From positions 1,376,001-1,440,000 of the forward strand of contig CAVQNG010000003.1 in assembly GCA_963713825.1 (NCBI GenBank): a stretch of DNA of 64,000 nucleotides. The letters are read 5' to 3'. The notes under the pieces were generated by a model that saw only the letters and a list, made by a program, of their open reading frames with translations, ran no database searches and was not told where the DNA came from. Position numbers and translations under genes: made by a program. Shown here one piece after another: positions 44,293 to 54,168 of the stretch (position 1 is the stretch's first letter; each line of letters begins with the position of its first letter). Source of the DNA: an uncultured Acidobacteriota bacterium (GTDB lineage Bacteria > Acidobacteriota > Thermoanaerobaculia > Multivoradales > JAHEKO01).

Positions 44293-45792
44293 ATGAGTGG
44301 ACAACATTTGAGCCAGAGAATTCCTGGAGGGTCGGTCGGTCTTCTCACCGACCTCTACCAGCTGACCATGGCCTATGGCTACTGGAAGACGGGAGAGCTC
44401 GAGACGGAGTCGGCGTTCAACCTCTATTTTCGCTCCAGCCCGTTCGAAGGCGGCTACACCATTGCCTGCGGCCTCGGCTATCTCGTCGATTTTGTGCAGT
44501 CCTACGGCTTTTCCAGCGAAGACCTCACCTACCTGTCCGGCCTGACGGGAAATGACGGCCAGCCTCTGTTCGAGGCGGCCTTTCTGGACTATCTGCAACA
44601 GGTGGAGCTGAGCTGCGATATCGACGCTGTTCCTGAAGGCACGGTGGTCTTCCCGAATGAACCTCTGGTACGCCTCCGCGGCCCGCTGATCCAGTGCCAG
44701 CTCCTGGAGACCCCCCTGGTCAACATCCTCAACTTTCAGAGCTTGATTGCCACCAAGGCCTCGCGAGTCTGCGAAGCGGCACAAGGCGATCGTGTCATCG
44801 AGTTCGGTCTGCGTCGGGCGCAAGGCTTCGACGGTGCCCTGGCCGCCAGTCGCGCCGCCTACATCGGTGGCTGCGAATCGACCTCCAATGTACTGGCAGG
44901 AAAGCTCTTCGGTATTCCACCGCGGGGGACCCACGCACACAGTTGGGTGATGATCTTCGACTCCGAGATCGAGGCTTTCAAGGCCTATGCCGAAGCCATG
45001 CCGAACAACTGCATCCTGCTCGTCGATACCTATGACACGCTCCAGGGGGTCAGAAATGCGGTCGAGATCGGCGAGTGGCTGCGTCAGCGGGGCAGTGAGC
45101 TAGCGGGCATCCGCCTCGACTCCGGCGATCTGGCCTACCTGAGCATCGAAGCCCGGAAGATCCTGGACGAGGCTGGTTTCCCAGACGCTGCGATCGTCGC
45201 CAGCAACGAGCTCGACGAGCACGTCATCACGAGCCTCAAGGACCAGGGAGCCCGTATCAATGTTTGGGGCGTCGGCACGAAGCTGATCACCGCCTGGGAT
45301 CAGCCGGCTCTCGGTGCCGTCTACAAGCTGGCGGCGGTCCGACGCTCTGGTGGCGAGTGGGAGCCGCGGGTCAAGCTCTCGGAGCATTCGGCCAAGGTCA
45401 ACATTCCCGGCTTCAGTCAGGTGCGCCGCTTTCAGCGCGACGGGGAGTTCATCGCCGACATGATCTACGACGAGTTGGACCCGCCGGCTGGCATTGCCGA
45501 GATCGTCGATCCCATGGACAGCACCCGCTGGAAGAAGCTACCTCCCAGCGCGGCGCACGAAGATTTGCTGCAGCCGGTTTATCGAGCTGGCCAGCTCGAG
45601 GCTGTGGTACCGACGCCGCAGGAAGCTCGGGGTCGAACGCTGGAGCAGATGACGTCGTTTCACCCTGGGATCCGTCGGTTCTTGAATCCCCACCAATACC
45701 CTGTGGGTCTCGAGCGCGGACTTCACGACACCCGGATGCGACTGATTCTCGAGGCGAGAACAGAAGCTGCTAGCCGCAATCAGTGGGAGTGA
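44293..45792 (+). CDS. pncB: Nicotinate phosphoribosyltransferase
   Basis: LLTDLYQLTM, EFGLRRAQG, GTHAHSW, LVDTYD, IRLDSGD, GVGTKL. Confidence 0.95.
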   Translation: MSGQHLSQRIPGGSVGLLTDLYQLTMAYGYWKTGELETESAFNLYFRSSPFEGGYTIACGLGYLVDFVQSYGFSSEDLTYLSGLTGNDGQPLFEAAFLDYLQQVELSCDIDAVPEGTVVFPNEPLVRLRGPLIQCQLLETPLVNILNFQSLIATKASRVCEAAQGDRVIEFGLRRAQGFDGALAASRAAYIGGCESTSNVLAGKLFGIPPRGTHAHSWVMIFDSEIEAFKAYAEAMPNNCILLVDTYDTLQGVRNAVEIGEWLRQRGSELAGIRLDSGDLAYLSIEARKILDEAGFPDAAIVASNELDEHVITSLKDQGARINVWGVGTKLITAWDQPALGAVYKLAAVRRSGGEWEPRVKLSEHSAKVNIPGFSQVRRFQRDGEFIADMIYDELDPPAGIAEIVDPMDSTRWKKLPPSAAHEDLLQPVYRAGQLEAVVPTPQEARGRTLEQMTSFHPGIRRFLNPHQYPVGLERGLHDTRMRLILEARTEAASRNQWE

Positions 45793-45866
45793 TCAGCCGG
45801 GCGTCGAATTCTGACCGTGGTAGATTGGCTTCAATCTACTACTGATCGCCGGAGGTACTACATCGA

Positions 45867-46715
45867 ATGGCAATGCAATCGAGAACTCGCGGAGAGAGTC
45901 GTCTCTTCTCTGCAATGGCCCTGGTCCTGACCGTTGGACTGTTGGGGGTAGCGATCCCCGTCCAGGCTGCGGCTCCAGGGCAGGTCGTCTGGGTCGATCT
46001 GTTGACCGAAGACGCGGCGACTGCGATCGACTTCTACCGGCAGCTTCTGGGCTGGAAGATCGAACCGTACTCCGGTGGCAACTTCGTGGTGAGCAATGAC
46101 GGTCATCCGATCGCTGGGATCAGTGAAATCAAGGACGCTGATCCCGAGGGAGAGGAAGCGCTCTGGCTCGTGGGGATGGCGGTGCCCGACCTTGCCGACT
46201 CCGTGGCCACGGCACGCAAGCTCGGCGCCAAGGTGCATCGGGATGTCGGGCGTGTCGAGGGCTTTGCCAGCTTCGCCATCTTGGAGGATCCTCAGGGAGC
46301 GGCTTTTATGTTGCTGGCCCCGGAGCGCCCTTTTGATGAGCCAAAGACCGTTGGTTCCTGGGTTTGGACCGAGCTGTGGACGCACGATACAGATGCAGCG
46401 TCGAAGTTCTATGGCAAGGTGATCGGCTATGAACAAGCCGAGATCGATCGCTCCGACGACTCTTATCTGCTGTTTCAAACGGGGGGTGAGCATCGGGCCG
46501 GTCTTGTAGAGATCGAGAACAAACAGGTCGATCCCATATGGGCTCCGTATCTAGGTGTTGCCGACTTGGCAGCTACCGTGGCGCAAACCAAGGGGCTCGG
46601 AGGTCGGGTCCTTCTGGCGCCCGATCCGAAGCTCGGCGAGGGGAGGGTAGCGCTGTTGGCCGATCCCACCGGAGGAGCCTTCTTCATCTATGAGCTCGAG
46701 GAGGAAACACCATGA
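45867..46715 (+). CDS. Secreted two-domain VOC (glyoxalase/bleomycin-resistance) family protein
   Basis: Signal peptide; VWVDLLT...FYRQLLGW, DPQGA, WVWTELWT, DPTGG. Confidence 0.88.
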   Translation: MAMQSRTRGESRLFSAMALVLTVGLLGVAIPVQAAAPGQVVWVDLLTEDAATAIDFYRQLLGWKIEPYSGGNFVVSNDGHPIAGISEIKDADPEGEEALWLVGMAVPDLADSVATARKLGAKVHRDVGRVEGFASFAILEDPQGAAFMLLAPERPFDEPKTVGSWVWTELWTHDTDAASKFYGKVIGYEQAEIDRSDDSYLLFQTGGEHRAGLVEIENKQVDPIWAPYLGVADLAATVAQTKGLGGRVLLAPDPKLGEGRVALLADPTGGAFFIYELEEETP

Positions 46716-46966
46716 AGCGCTCGGTTCGATTCTTTGCCCTCCTCCTGTTTGTGGCCGCGCTCGTACTTGGCCTCGAGGCATGTTCATCCTCTGGGTATGA
46801 CTCTACCTACTCCAACTCCAGCGTCCGCTACGGTGTGAGCCACGGCTATGGCTATGGCTACGGATGGGGTCGTGGCTATGGTGGTGGTGGCTGGTATGGA
46901 GGTGGTTACTACCCGGGAACGCCGGTAGGACCCCCACCGGGCCGACCGATCGCAACACCGTATTGA
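46712..46966 (+). CDS. Small Gly/Tyr-rich lipoprotein
   Basis: RBS GAGGAGG; ATGA overlap; lipobox LEAC; GYGYGYGWGRGYGGGGWYGGGYYPG; Pro-rich tail. Confidence 0.75.
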   Translation: MKRSVRFFALLLFVAALVLGLEACSSSGYDSTYSNSSVRYGVSHGYGYGYGWGRGYGGGGWYGGGYYPGTPVGPPPGRPIATPY

Positions 46967-47012
46967 GACAGAAAGCTCTCGGCGGAACCAGGAAGCCTCC
47001 GGGTTTCCGAGG

Positions 47013-47618
47013 CTAGTCGTCCTGTTCCATCTGGTGTTTGCGAATCGCCTGGACTTTGGCGCCGTACATCTCGTCCCAGCGCTTCATGATCTTCTCGAGC
47101 GCACGATCGAGCTTCTGCTCGTTCTTCTCGGGCTTCTTCTTGGCCATGGCTGCCGTGCCTATGCCGCGCCAAATCAATTTCTTCTCCTTCGCATCCCAAG
47201 CGTCGATGATGAGGGTGCCCTCATTGAAAGAGAAGTTCTCGAGGTTGCGCGTGCCGACGCCGCCGTCCCAATAGGAGCCCAGCGAGAAATCGGGGCCGTA
47301 GGTGTACTCGAGATCACTCAGGACGAGACGCAGGTTGCTCTGATCGGCGGTGTAGTAGGCGATATAGATGTCGGGATCGGCATCGACCTCTTCCATGCCT
47401 CCCTCTTTGATGTAGTTTCTGAGCCCGTTCACCACGCGCCGGTGCAGGGTCTCTGAGAAGTTCCGCAGATCCTCTCGAGTCTCCTTGAACTGGAAAGTCC
47501 TGTACTGGCTGAAAGCGGTAGCCCGGTCGTAGTCGACGTAGACCTTCTGGGCCAGGGCCGGCGTGGCCGTGATGACGGTGAAAACGACGAGCAGAATGAA
47601 CAGCCGATGAATCTTCAT
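47013..47618 (-). CDS. DUF4136 domain protein
   Basis: VYVDYDRATAFSQYRTF, EGTLIIDAWDAKEKKLIWRG. Confidence 0.85.
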   Translation of the reverse strand: MKIHRLFILLVVFTVITATPALAQKVYVDYDRATAFSQYRTFQFKETREDLRNFSETLHRRVVNGLRNYIKEGGMEEVDADPDIYIAYYTADQSNLRLVLSDLEYTYGPDFSLGSYWDGGVGTRNLENFSFNEGTLIIDAWDAKEKKLIWRGIGTAAMAKKKPEKNEQKLDRALEKIMKRWDEMYGAKVQAIRKHQMEQDD

Positions 47619-47774
47619 CGGCCGATTCTAGTGCATCCTGGGTGTGTCCCCTGCCATGAACCAATCCTTGGCTGACGACACCCTGGATTGGGCCATCCTG
47701 GAGTAGGACTCCCGGCCGGAATAGAGCCAAGATAGGATTCGAAATGGACCCGGAGGAACAGACCGGAGGCGAGC

Positions 47775-49163
47775 ATGCGAAAGATCCTGGTTCCCCTGAC
47801 ACGTAACCCCATCAGTCTTGCCGGCTCGGCCCTGATGCTGATCAGCGCCATCCTGTTCGTGAGCCTGATGCTGATCGAGTTCCTGGGGGCCAAGGGCAAC
47901 CCCTATCTGGGCATCATTACCTATTTGATCCTGCCAGCCGGTGGCCTGATCGGCTTCATCCTCGTCTTCTGGGGCATCCGACGGGAGCGGCGCCTTGCAC
48001 CGGAGGCGGCCTTCCCGGTCATCGATCTCAACAGCGAAGCGACTCGAAGACGCTTGATGATCCTGGTGCTGGTCGTGACCGTCGGGGCGGTGGTCCTCAC
48101 GGCCGCGATGTCTCAGGGCGTCCACGTCATGGAGAGCACCTCGTTCTGTGGCGAAACCTGCCACAGCGTCATGTCCCCCGAGTACATCGCTTACCAGCGC
48201 TCTCCACATGCGCGAGTCGCATGTGTTGAATGCCATGTCGGCGAGGGAACCAGCTGGTTCGTCCGCTCCAAGCTCAGTGGTGCGTGGCAGCTCGTCTCCA
48301 CCGCCCTGGACCTCTACGAGCGTCCTATTCCGACACCGGTGCATCATTTGCGACCCTCCGAAGGAACCTGCGAGGAATGCCACTGGCCGGAGAAGTTCTA
48401 TGGTGTCAGCCCCAAGATGATCACGAAGTTCTCCGACGACGAGGCCAATTCCGAGGTCAAGACGATTCTCCTGCTCAAAGTCGGTGGTGACGACTTCGGT
48501 GGAACCCAGGGTATTCACTGGCACATGGACCCCGACGTCGAGATCCGCTACCGGTCGGACGAGAAACGACGGACGATGTACGAAGTCGAGCTGCAAGTTG
48601 GTGACGATCCGGTGAAGCGATTCTTCAAGCAGACGGTGAAAGAAGACAACCCCGAGCTGATGGATTGGCGGGTCATGGATTGCGTCGACTGCCACAACCG
48701 TCCGACGCATGTCTACTACACCGCCGAAGAGGCGGTCGATCTGGCGCTCGAGCGGAAGTTCATCGCCAAGGATCTGCCGTTCGTCAGGCGCGAGGGGCTG
48801 AAGGCTGTCCGCGCCGAGTACGCCTCACACGAAGAAGCAGAACCAGGGATCTCAGCAGCGATCACCAGCTTCTACGAGTCCGAGTACCCGAGTCTGGCTT
48901 CGAGGCGCGCTGACGACATCCAAGAGGCCGGACGTGTCCTGGGCCGGCTCTACGCCAACAACGTCTTCCCGACCATGAAGATCGAGTGGGACACCTACCC
49001 GGACTTCAGTGGTCACTACAACTCGTTGGGCTGCAACCGCTGTCACGCCGGTGACCACGCCACGGAAGAGGGTGACGTGATCGATTCCGACTGCTCGATC
49101 TGCCACACCATCGTCGCCTGGGACGAAGCCAGCCCAGAGATTCTCGAGCTGATCCCGAAGTAG
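47775..49163 (+). CDS. Membrane-anchored multiheme cytochrome c (NapC/NirT-like N-terminus), 6 heme motifs
   Basis: 3 TM helices; CGETCH, CVECH, CEECH, CVDCH, CNRCH, CSICH. Confidence 0.9.
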   Translation: MRKILVPLTRNPISLAGSALMLISAILFVSLMLIEFLGAKGNPYLGIITYLILPAGGLIGFILVFWGIRRERRLAPEAAFPVIDLNSEATRRRLMILVLVVTVGAVVLTAAMSQGVHVMESTSFCGETCHSVMSPEYIAYQRSPHARVACVECHVGEGTSWFVRSKLSGAWQLVSTALDLYERPIPTPVHHLRPSEGTCEECHWPEKFYGVSPKMITKFSDDEANSEVKTILLLKVGGDDFGGTQGIHWHMDPDVEIRYRSDEKRRTMYEVELQVGDDPVKRFFKQTVKEDNPELMDWRVMDCVDCHNRPTHVYYTAEEAVDLALERKFIAKDLPFVRREGLKAVRAEYASHEEAEPGISAAITSFYESEYPSLASRRADDIQEAGRVLGRLYANNVFPTMKIEWDTYPDFSGHYNSLGCNRCHAGDHATEEGDVIDSDCSICHTIVAWDEASPEILELIPK

Positions 49164-49291
49164 TCACTCCTGAAGCGGTTGTTGTCTTGGGGCCGAGGCC
49201 GGTCACGAAGCCCGAATGTGCGATCTTTGATAGATCGGGATGGCCGAGTCAGGCTATCCTCTGGCCGACAAGAAGAGAGGAACTTCCGAAG

Positions 49292-50356
49292 ATGAGAGTT
49301 GTCACCACCTCGGCAATGGCGGCGCTGATTGTGCTGGTGGGGTGCGTTTCCTATACGAGCTCTCCTGCGGCGCCTGCCCCAGATGCCGCCTTCGACGCTG
49401 TGGAGTTGCCCTCCCACCCTTCTGCCGAGTACGAGAAGCACGAAGTCGTCTTCAAGAATCGGATGGTGGACGAGGAAGAGAGCTCACTCTATCGAGTTCG
49501 CTACATTCGCTTTCCCTCCTATGGTGAAAACGGCCAGGAAGACAACCTGGTCACGGGCCGGTACTACGAGAGCAAGCGGCCGGGGAAGAAGCCTCTCGTC
49601 ATCATCGTACCGATCCCGGCGGGCCACACCTACCCGGCAGAGAAGATGACTGCCTACCTGAAGTCCCACAGCATGGGCGAGATCAACATCTTCAACATGA
49701 AGATCGAGAGGGACGTGATCGATTGGAACGGTTTGTCTGCTTCCGTTGACGAGGCAGCGTTCATGGAGCGACTGGAGAAGAGCGCCGAGCGGGAATGGAC
49801 GACCGTCATCGATATTCGCCGAACCCTCGACTGGGCGGAAGCCCGACCAGAGATCGACGCCCAGAGAATCGGCTTGATGGGCTTCAGCCATGGGGGAATC
49901 GTCGCGGCTGGAGTGGCAGTCCAGGAACCTCGACTAGCGGCCACTGTGCTGGTGATGGCCGGAGCGCTGCTTCATCAGCCCATGGTTCGTTGCCCTCTTG
50001 GACGAAGCGAGGGGATGAGATCGAAGGCGCTGTCGGAATTCGGCTGGACGGAAGAGGAGCTCGAAGCCCGGATCGAGGCCGAATTCAGCTATTTCGAGCC
50101 GGCGAACTTTCCGGGCAGGGTCGACCCTTCGAAGGTGTTGATCGTCGAAGCGGCGAAGGACGACTGCATTCCCGAGAGTGGGCGACAGGCGCTCTGGGAG
50201 ACCATGGGCCGCCCAGAGAGGATCCAGCTGAATTACAGGCACAAACAGGCCTTCCTCTCGATGACTCCGCTACGCCTCCTTTGGCTGCGACACCGAATCT
50301 GGGAGTTTCTGCAGCGCTCCCTCGAGATCGGGCCCCAGGCTGTGGCAGCCCTATAG
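49292..50356 (+). CDS. Alpha/beta hydrolase lipoprotein
   Basis: Lipobox LVGC; IDAQRIGLMGFSHGG nucleophile elbow; DDCIP; YRH. Confidence 0.8.
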   Translation: MRVVTTSAMAALIVLVGCVSYTSSPAAPAPDAAFDAVELPSHPSAEYEKHEVVFKNRMVDEEESSLYRVRYIRFPSYGENGQEDNLVTGRYYESKRPGKKPLVIIVPIPAGHTYPAEKMTAYLKSHSMGEINIFNMKIERDVIDWNGLSASVDEAAFMERLEKSAEREWTTVIDIRRTLDWAEARPEIDAQRIGLMGFSHGGIVAAGVAVQEPRLAATVLVMAGALLHQPMVRCPLGRSEGMRSKALSEFGWTEEELEARIEAEFSYFEPANFPGRVDPSKVLIVEAAKDDCIPESGRQALWETMGRPERIQLNYRHKQAFLSMTPLRLLWLRHRIWEFLQRSLEIGPQAVAAL

Positions 50357-50378
50357 AAGAAACTCGAGAGCGCGATCT

Positions 50379-51185
50379 CTATAGAGTCTCCCGAAGGGCT
50401 TCGAATTGGAACTGATGACGCCTGGTGAAAAGGCGCAAATAGCTGAGTAGAACCGCTCCCACGGTGCCGAGGGCAGTCGCCGAGGCAATCAGGAACATGA
50501 TGACGATCTGGTACTTGACGGCCTGGACGGGGGAGACCCCGGCGAGGAGTTGACCGGTCATCATCCCGGGCAGGCTGACGATCCCAACCACCGTCATGGA
50601 ATTGAGGATGGGGATCATCCCCGTGCGGGCGGCCTGACGGATCGCTGGAAGGGCGGCTTCCCACCGAGTGCCGCCAAGCGAGAGAAGCAACTCGACCTGA
50701 TCTCTGCCCTGGGTCAGCGTGTCGGTGAAACGCTCGAGCCCCAGGGAGATTCCTGTCAGAGTGTTGCCGAGGATCATTCCCAGCAACGGAATGGCGTATT
50801 GAGGCAGGTACCAGGGCTCGACGCGCAAGATCGCCCCCAGGGCAAGTCCAGCGATCACCCACGAGCTCACCAGAATCGAGAGAGTCGTGTCCACCCAGAT
50901 GCCCGGATAGCGGTGTGTCGTGCGCCGAACGGCGGCGATACCGGCGATGACTACCATAGCGAAGGCCAGCGCCAGAACGGGTGCCCAGTGGCGCAGTGAG
51001 AACACCTTCTGGAGCACCAGCCCGACAAGCAGAAGCTGCACAGTTGTTCTGAGCGACGCCACCAAGAGGCGCTTACCCAGGCCAAGGCGCAGCGCTACCG
51101 ACAGCATTCCGTTGAAGAGAATCAACAGGGTCGCAAGACCGACCTGGAGGTAGGAAAGCTCGAGGTACGAAGCGGCTTGACTCAT
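50379..51185 (-). CDS. fetB: ABC transporter permease, FetB/YbbM (UPF0014) family
   Basis: RTTVQLLLVG, IPLLGMILGN, GIVSLPGMMTGQLLAG, AVKYQI. Confidence 0.88.
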   Translation of the reverse strand: MSQAASYLELSYLQVGLATLLILFNGMLSVALRLGLGKRLLVASLRTTVQLLLVGLVLQKVFSLRHWAPVLALAFAMVVIAGIAAVRRTTHRYPGIWVDTTLSILVSSWVIAGLALGAILRVEPWYLPQYAIPLLGMILGNTLTGISLGLERFTDTLTQGRDQVELLLSLGGTRWEAALPAIRQAARTGMIPILNSMTVVGIVSLPGMMTGQLLAGVSPVQAVKYQIVIMFLIASATALGTVGAVLLSYLRLFTRRHQFQFEALRETL

Positions 51186-51865
51186 GAGCTCTCCTCGAGT
51201 CGTCCGCGCGCGAGTTTCAGGGTCCGGGCGGCAACGCGCACGACTTGCTCGGGATCGTGGCTCACCCAGAGATAGGTTCGCCTGTCTGACGATGCCGCCT
51301 GCCAGGCCAGAACCAAGTCTTCGACGTTGGCGGCGGAGTCGCGGTCGAGTGCAGCGGTGGGCTCGTCCAGAAGCAGCACGGTCGGTTGTGCAAGGAAGGC
51401 TCTCAGCAAACCGACGATCTGTCGTTCTCCCCCTGAGAGATTGGCACCTTTCTTGGCGAGAAATTCCTCGCCGGCACCAAACGTCTCGAAGAGGTGGAGA
51501 GCTTCATCGCGAGGGAAGGGAACTTTGCTTCGAACCTGCAGGTCGAAGGGAATGCGAAGATTCTCCTCGACCGTTCCTGGCACCAGTGGGGACCCTTGCT
51601 GCAGGTAGGTTACCTGGCTCCGATAGCTCGGAATCTCAGTATCCGCAATGGGGTTCCCTCTCCAGAGAACCTCACCGCTATCGACCGGGTCCAGAAGCGC
51701 CAGGGCACGAAGGATCAAGCTCTTCCCTGACCCAGTGGGACCCACAAGCGCCAACCGATCTCCGGATTCCAGGTCCAGATTGAAGTCCTGGAAGAGCCAG
51801 CTGTCGCCACCAGGGTGACGCCGTCCCAGGTTTTTGGCGCTCAAGAGTGAGTCTCGAAGAATCAT
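51182..51865 (-). CDS. ABC transporter ATP-binding protein, FetA/YbbL-like
   Basis: GPTGSGKS, LSGGERQ, LLLDEPT, VSHD; ATGA overlap with the permease. Confidence 0.88.
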   Translation of the reverse strand: MILRDSLLSAKNLGRRHPGGDSWLFQDFNLDLESGDRLALVGPTGSGKSLILRALALLDPVDSGEVLWRGNPIADTEIPSYRSQVTYLQQGSPLVPGTVEENLRIPFDLQVRSKVPFPRDEALHLFETFGAGEEFLAKKGANLSGGERQIVGLLRAFLAQPTVLLLDEPTAALDRDSAANVEDLVLAWQAASSDRRTYLWVSHDPEQVVRVAARTLKLARGRLEESS

Positions 51866-52047
51866 GGTGCCTGCCACGCCACGAACAGTGAGAGTTCAGT
51901 CTCTCATGCCAGGAGCGGTAACCGGCACCATCGCGCCTTCAGTCGATGGGCCGCGGTAAGAGGCTTTCTCGCCATGAGTTGGACGGGTTGATCTGAAAAG
52001 GGGTGAGGTGCCCCCAGCGCGAGAAAGGAGATTTTGGACAGAGGGTG

Positions 52048-54135
52048 CTAGAGCTTTCGCAATAGGTCGACATGTGATCTCTGGCCCATGATCACGAGGT
52101 GATCGCCACGTTGGACAGTCTCGCTAGGGCCGGGCACGAGTTCGACCTGATCGGCCGAGCCTGAATCATGAGAAGGTCGCCGGATCAAGAGAATCTGGAC
52201 GTGATACCGGTTTCGAACATCCAGCTCACCAATCGTTCTGCCGACGAATTCTCCGGGTGCTTCTATCTCCGCGATGAGATGTCCCCCGTCCAGAACTACC
52301 TCCTCCGTTGCTGAAGCAGCAACTCCACTGCTGAGACTCGTCACCATGTCCCGCTTCATGAGTTCTCGACTGTAAGCATCGATGAGGTGCCGGCGATTGA
52401 CGACACCGACAAGGTGGCTCCGATCGGCGGAGTCGACGACGGGTAGTTCCTCGCGATCCTTGCCACCGAAAATACGCATGACCCTGTCGAGGTCCTGGTC
52501 TGGAGTCACCCTTGGAACATCCGCCCGAGCCAGGTCACCAACAACGGAGATCTCTGAGAAGGTATCTGCGTTGAGGAGAGCGTGCCGGAGCTCCGAAAAG
52601 GCAATTACACCCTGAAGGTTCCCGCTGCTGTCCGTGGTGTAGTAATACGAACGAGGGCTATCTGCGAATTGTTCAAGAAGCTCCGGTATGGGAGTGTCGG
52701 CTGGGAGCGTTGCCAAGTCGTCATCCATGACCTCTTGGACGCGCAGCGACCGTAAGACATTGACCTCCCGCCCGCGAAACAGATCGGCTCCCCGCCGATA
52801 TAGCTTCATGGTGTAGATCGACTCTCTCTTGAGGCGACTCGACACCAGGCTGGCGATAATGCACGAAGCCATCAATGGAACTATGAGTTTGTAGTCTGAT
52901 GTCAACTCGAAGATGATCAGAATCGCGGTGATCGGAGCGTGAGTGGTGCCCGCCACGACGGCACCCATCCCAACCAGGGCATAGGCCCCAGAGCTTGCAG
53001 TCGCGCCCGGATACAACTGGTGAGCAAGATTGCCGAGGAAACCTCCTGACATCGCACCCAGGAACAGGGATGGGGCGAAAATCCCTCCCGAGCCACCAGA
53101 TCCCAGCGTGACACTGGTGGCGAACAGCTTTGCTACAACTAGAACCGCCAGAAGACCGAGCGTCAGCTCTCCGGTGAGCGCCTGATTGATGGTTTCGTAG
53201 CCTACGCCGAGGACCTGGGGGAATAGAAGGCCGATGGCGCCCACCATCAATCCACCGAAGGCTGGCAGTAGCCAGGGCTTTACAGGCAAGGACTCCATGA
53301 GATCCTCGACGCCATAGAGAACCCGAATGAACACTTGCGCCGCGACGGCTGCCAGCAACCCCAGGAGCAAGTAGAGGGGGAGTTCCCAGGCACTTTCCAT
53401 TCTGTAGGTGGGCACAACGAAGGCCGGGAAGTCGCCCAAGAAATGCCGCGAGACGACCGTTGCCATCACCGATGAGATGACAATGGGGCTGAACTGCGAG
53501 ACACCGAAGTCTCCGAGGATGATCTCGACAGCAAAAAGGGCGCCGGCCACCGGAGCGTTGAAGGTAGCGGCGATTCCAGCAGCTGCGCCGCAGCCCGCAA
53601 GAGTCCTGAGCCGCCGTCCTGAGATGCGGAGCCACTGGCCGATCGTCGACCCCAGGGCGGCACCGATTTGGACGATCGGACCCTCACGACCAACCGATCC
53701 ACCAGTGCCGATACAAATAGCGGACGCCACGCTCTTGACCGCGACTAGGCGCGCCCGGATAAATCCCGATCGCAGGGCCACCGCCTCCATGACCTCAGGA
53801 ACACCATGTCCCTTGGCCTCGCGGGCGAGAAAGTAGACAAGCGGCCCAACGATCAACCCCCCAACTGCTGGGGTGAGCAACCTCCACAACCATGGGTGGG
53901 CCTCAACGAGCGCCAGATCGTATGACCAACTACCCCAGGCCCCTCTCTGAACTACTTTGATGAGAAAGCGAAAGGCTACTGCGCCTAGGCCTCCCAAGGC
54001 GCCAATGATGACAGCGAGCACCACCATGAACGTGTGCTCGGCCATCTTGGCCCTGTTCAGAAGGTAACCGAGGAGGAGCCCGGCACCACGCGGTTGGCTT
54101 CTCGACTCGATGTCGGGCCGGAGGGTGCCGGTCAC
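52048..54135 (-). CDS. ClC chloride channel/transporter with CBS pair and C-terminal RCK_C (TrkA-C) domain
   Basis: GHGVP, GREGP, FNAP, GIFAP, SIY motifs; CBS repeats; VGRTIGELDVRNRYHVQILLIRR. Confidence 0.92.
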   Translation of the reverse strand: MTGTLRPDIESRSQPRGAGLLLGYLLNRAKMAEHTFMVVLAVIIGALGGLGAVAFRFLIKVVQRGAWGSWSYDLALVEAHPWLWRLLTPAVGGLIVGPLVYFLAREAKGHGVPEVMEAVALRSGFIRARLVAVKSVASAICIGTGGSVGREGPIVQIGAALGSTIGQWLRISGRRLRTLAGCGAAAGIAATFNAPVAGALFAVEIILGDFGVSQFSPIVISSVMATVVSRHFLGDFPAFVVPTYRMESAWELPLYLLLGLLAAVAAQVFIRVLYGVEDLMESLPVKPWLLPAFGGLMVGAIGLLFPQVLGVGYETINQALTGELTLGLLAVLVVAKLFATSVTLGSGGSGGIFAPSLFLGAMSGGFLGNLAHQLYPGATASSGAYALVGMGAVVAGTTHAPITAILIIFELTSDYKLIVPLMASCIIASLVSSRLKRESIYTMKLYRRGADLFRGREVNVLRSLRVQEVMDDDLATLPADTPIPELLEQFADSPRSYYYTTDSSGNLQGVIAFSELRHALLNADTFSEISVVGDLARADVPRVTPDQDLDRVMRIFGGKDREELPVVDSADRSHLVGVVNRRHLIDAYSRELMKRDMVTSLSSGVAASATEEVVLDGGHLIAEIEAPGEFVGRTIGELDVRNRYHVQILLIRRPSHDSGSADQVELVPGPSETVQRGDHLVIMGQRSHVDLLRKL

Positions 54136-54168
54136 TCGGTCTGCCCTCTCCTCCCTCCGTGAAGGCGC

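Noticed and set aside
46975-47012. Terminator between the G/Y lipoprotein and DUF4136 genes
   Set aside because: The stem is imperfect and lacks a U-tract; not supportable with confidence.
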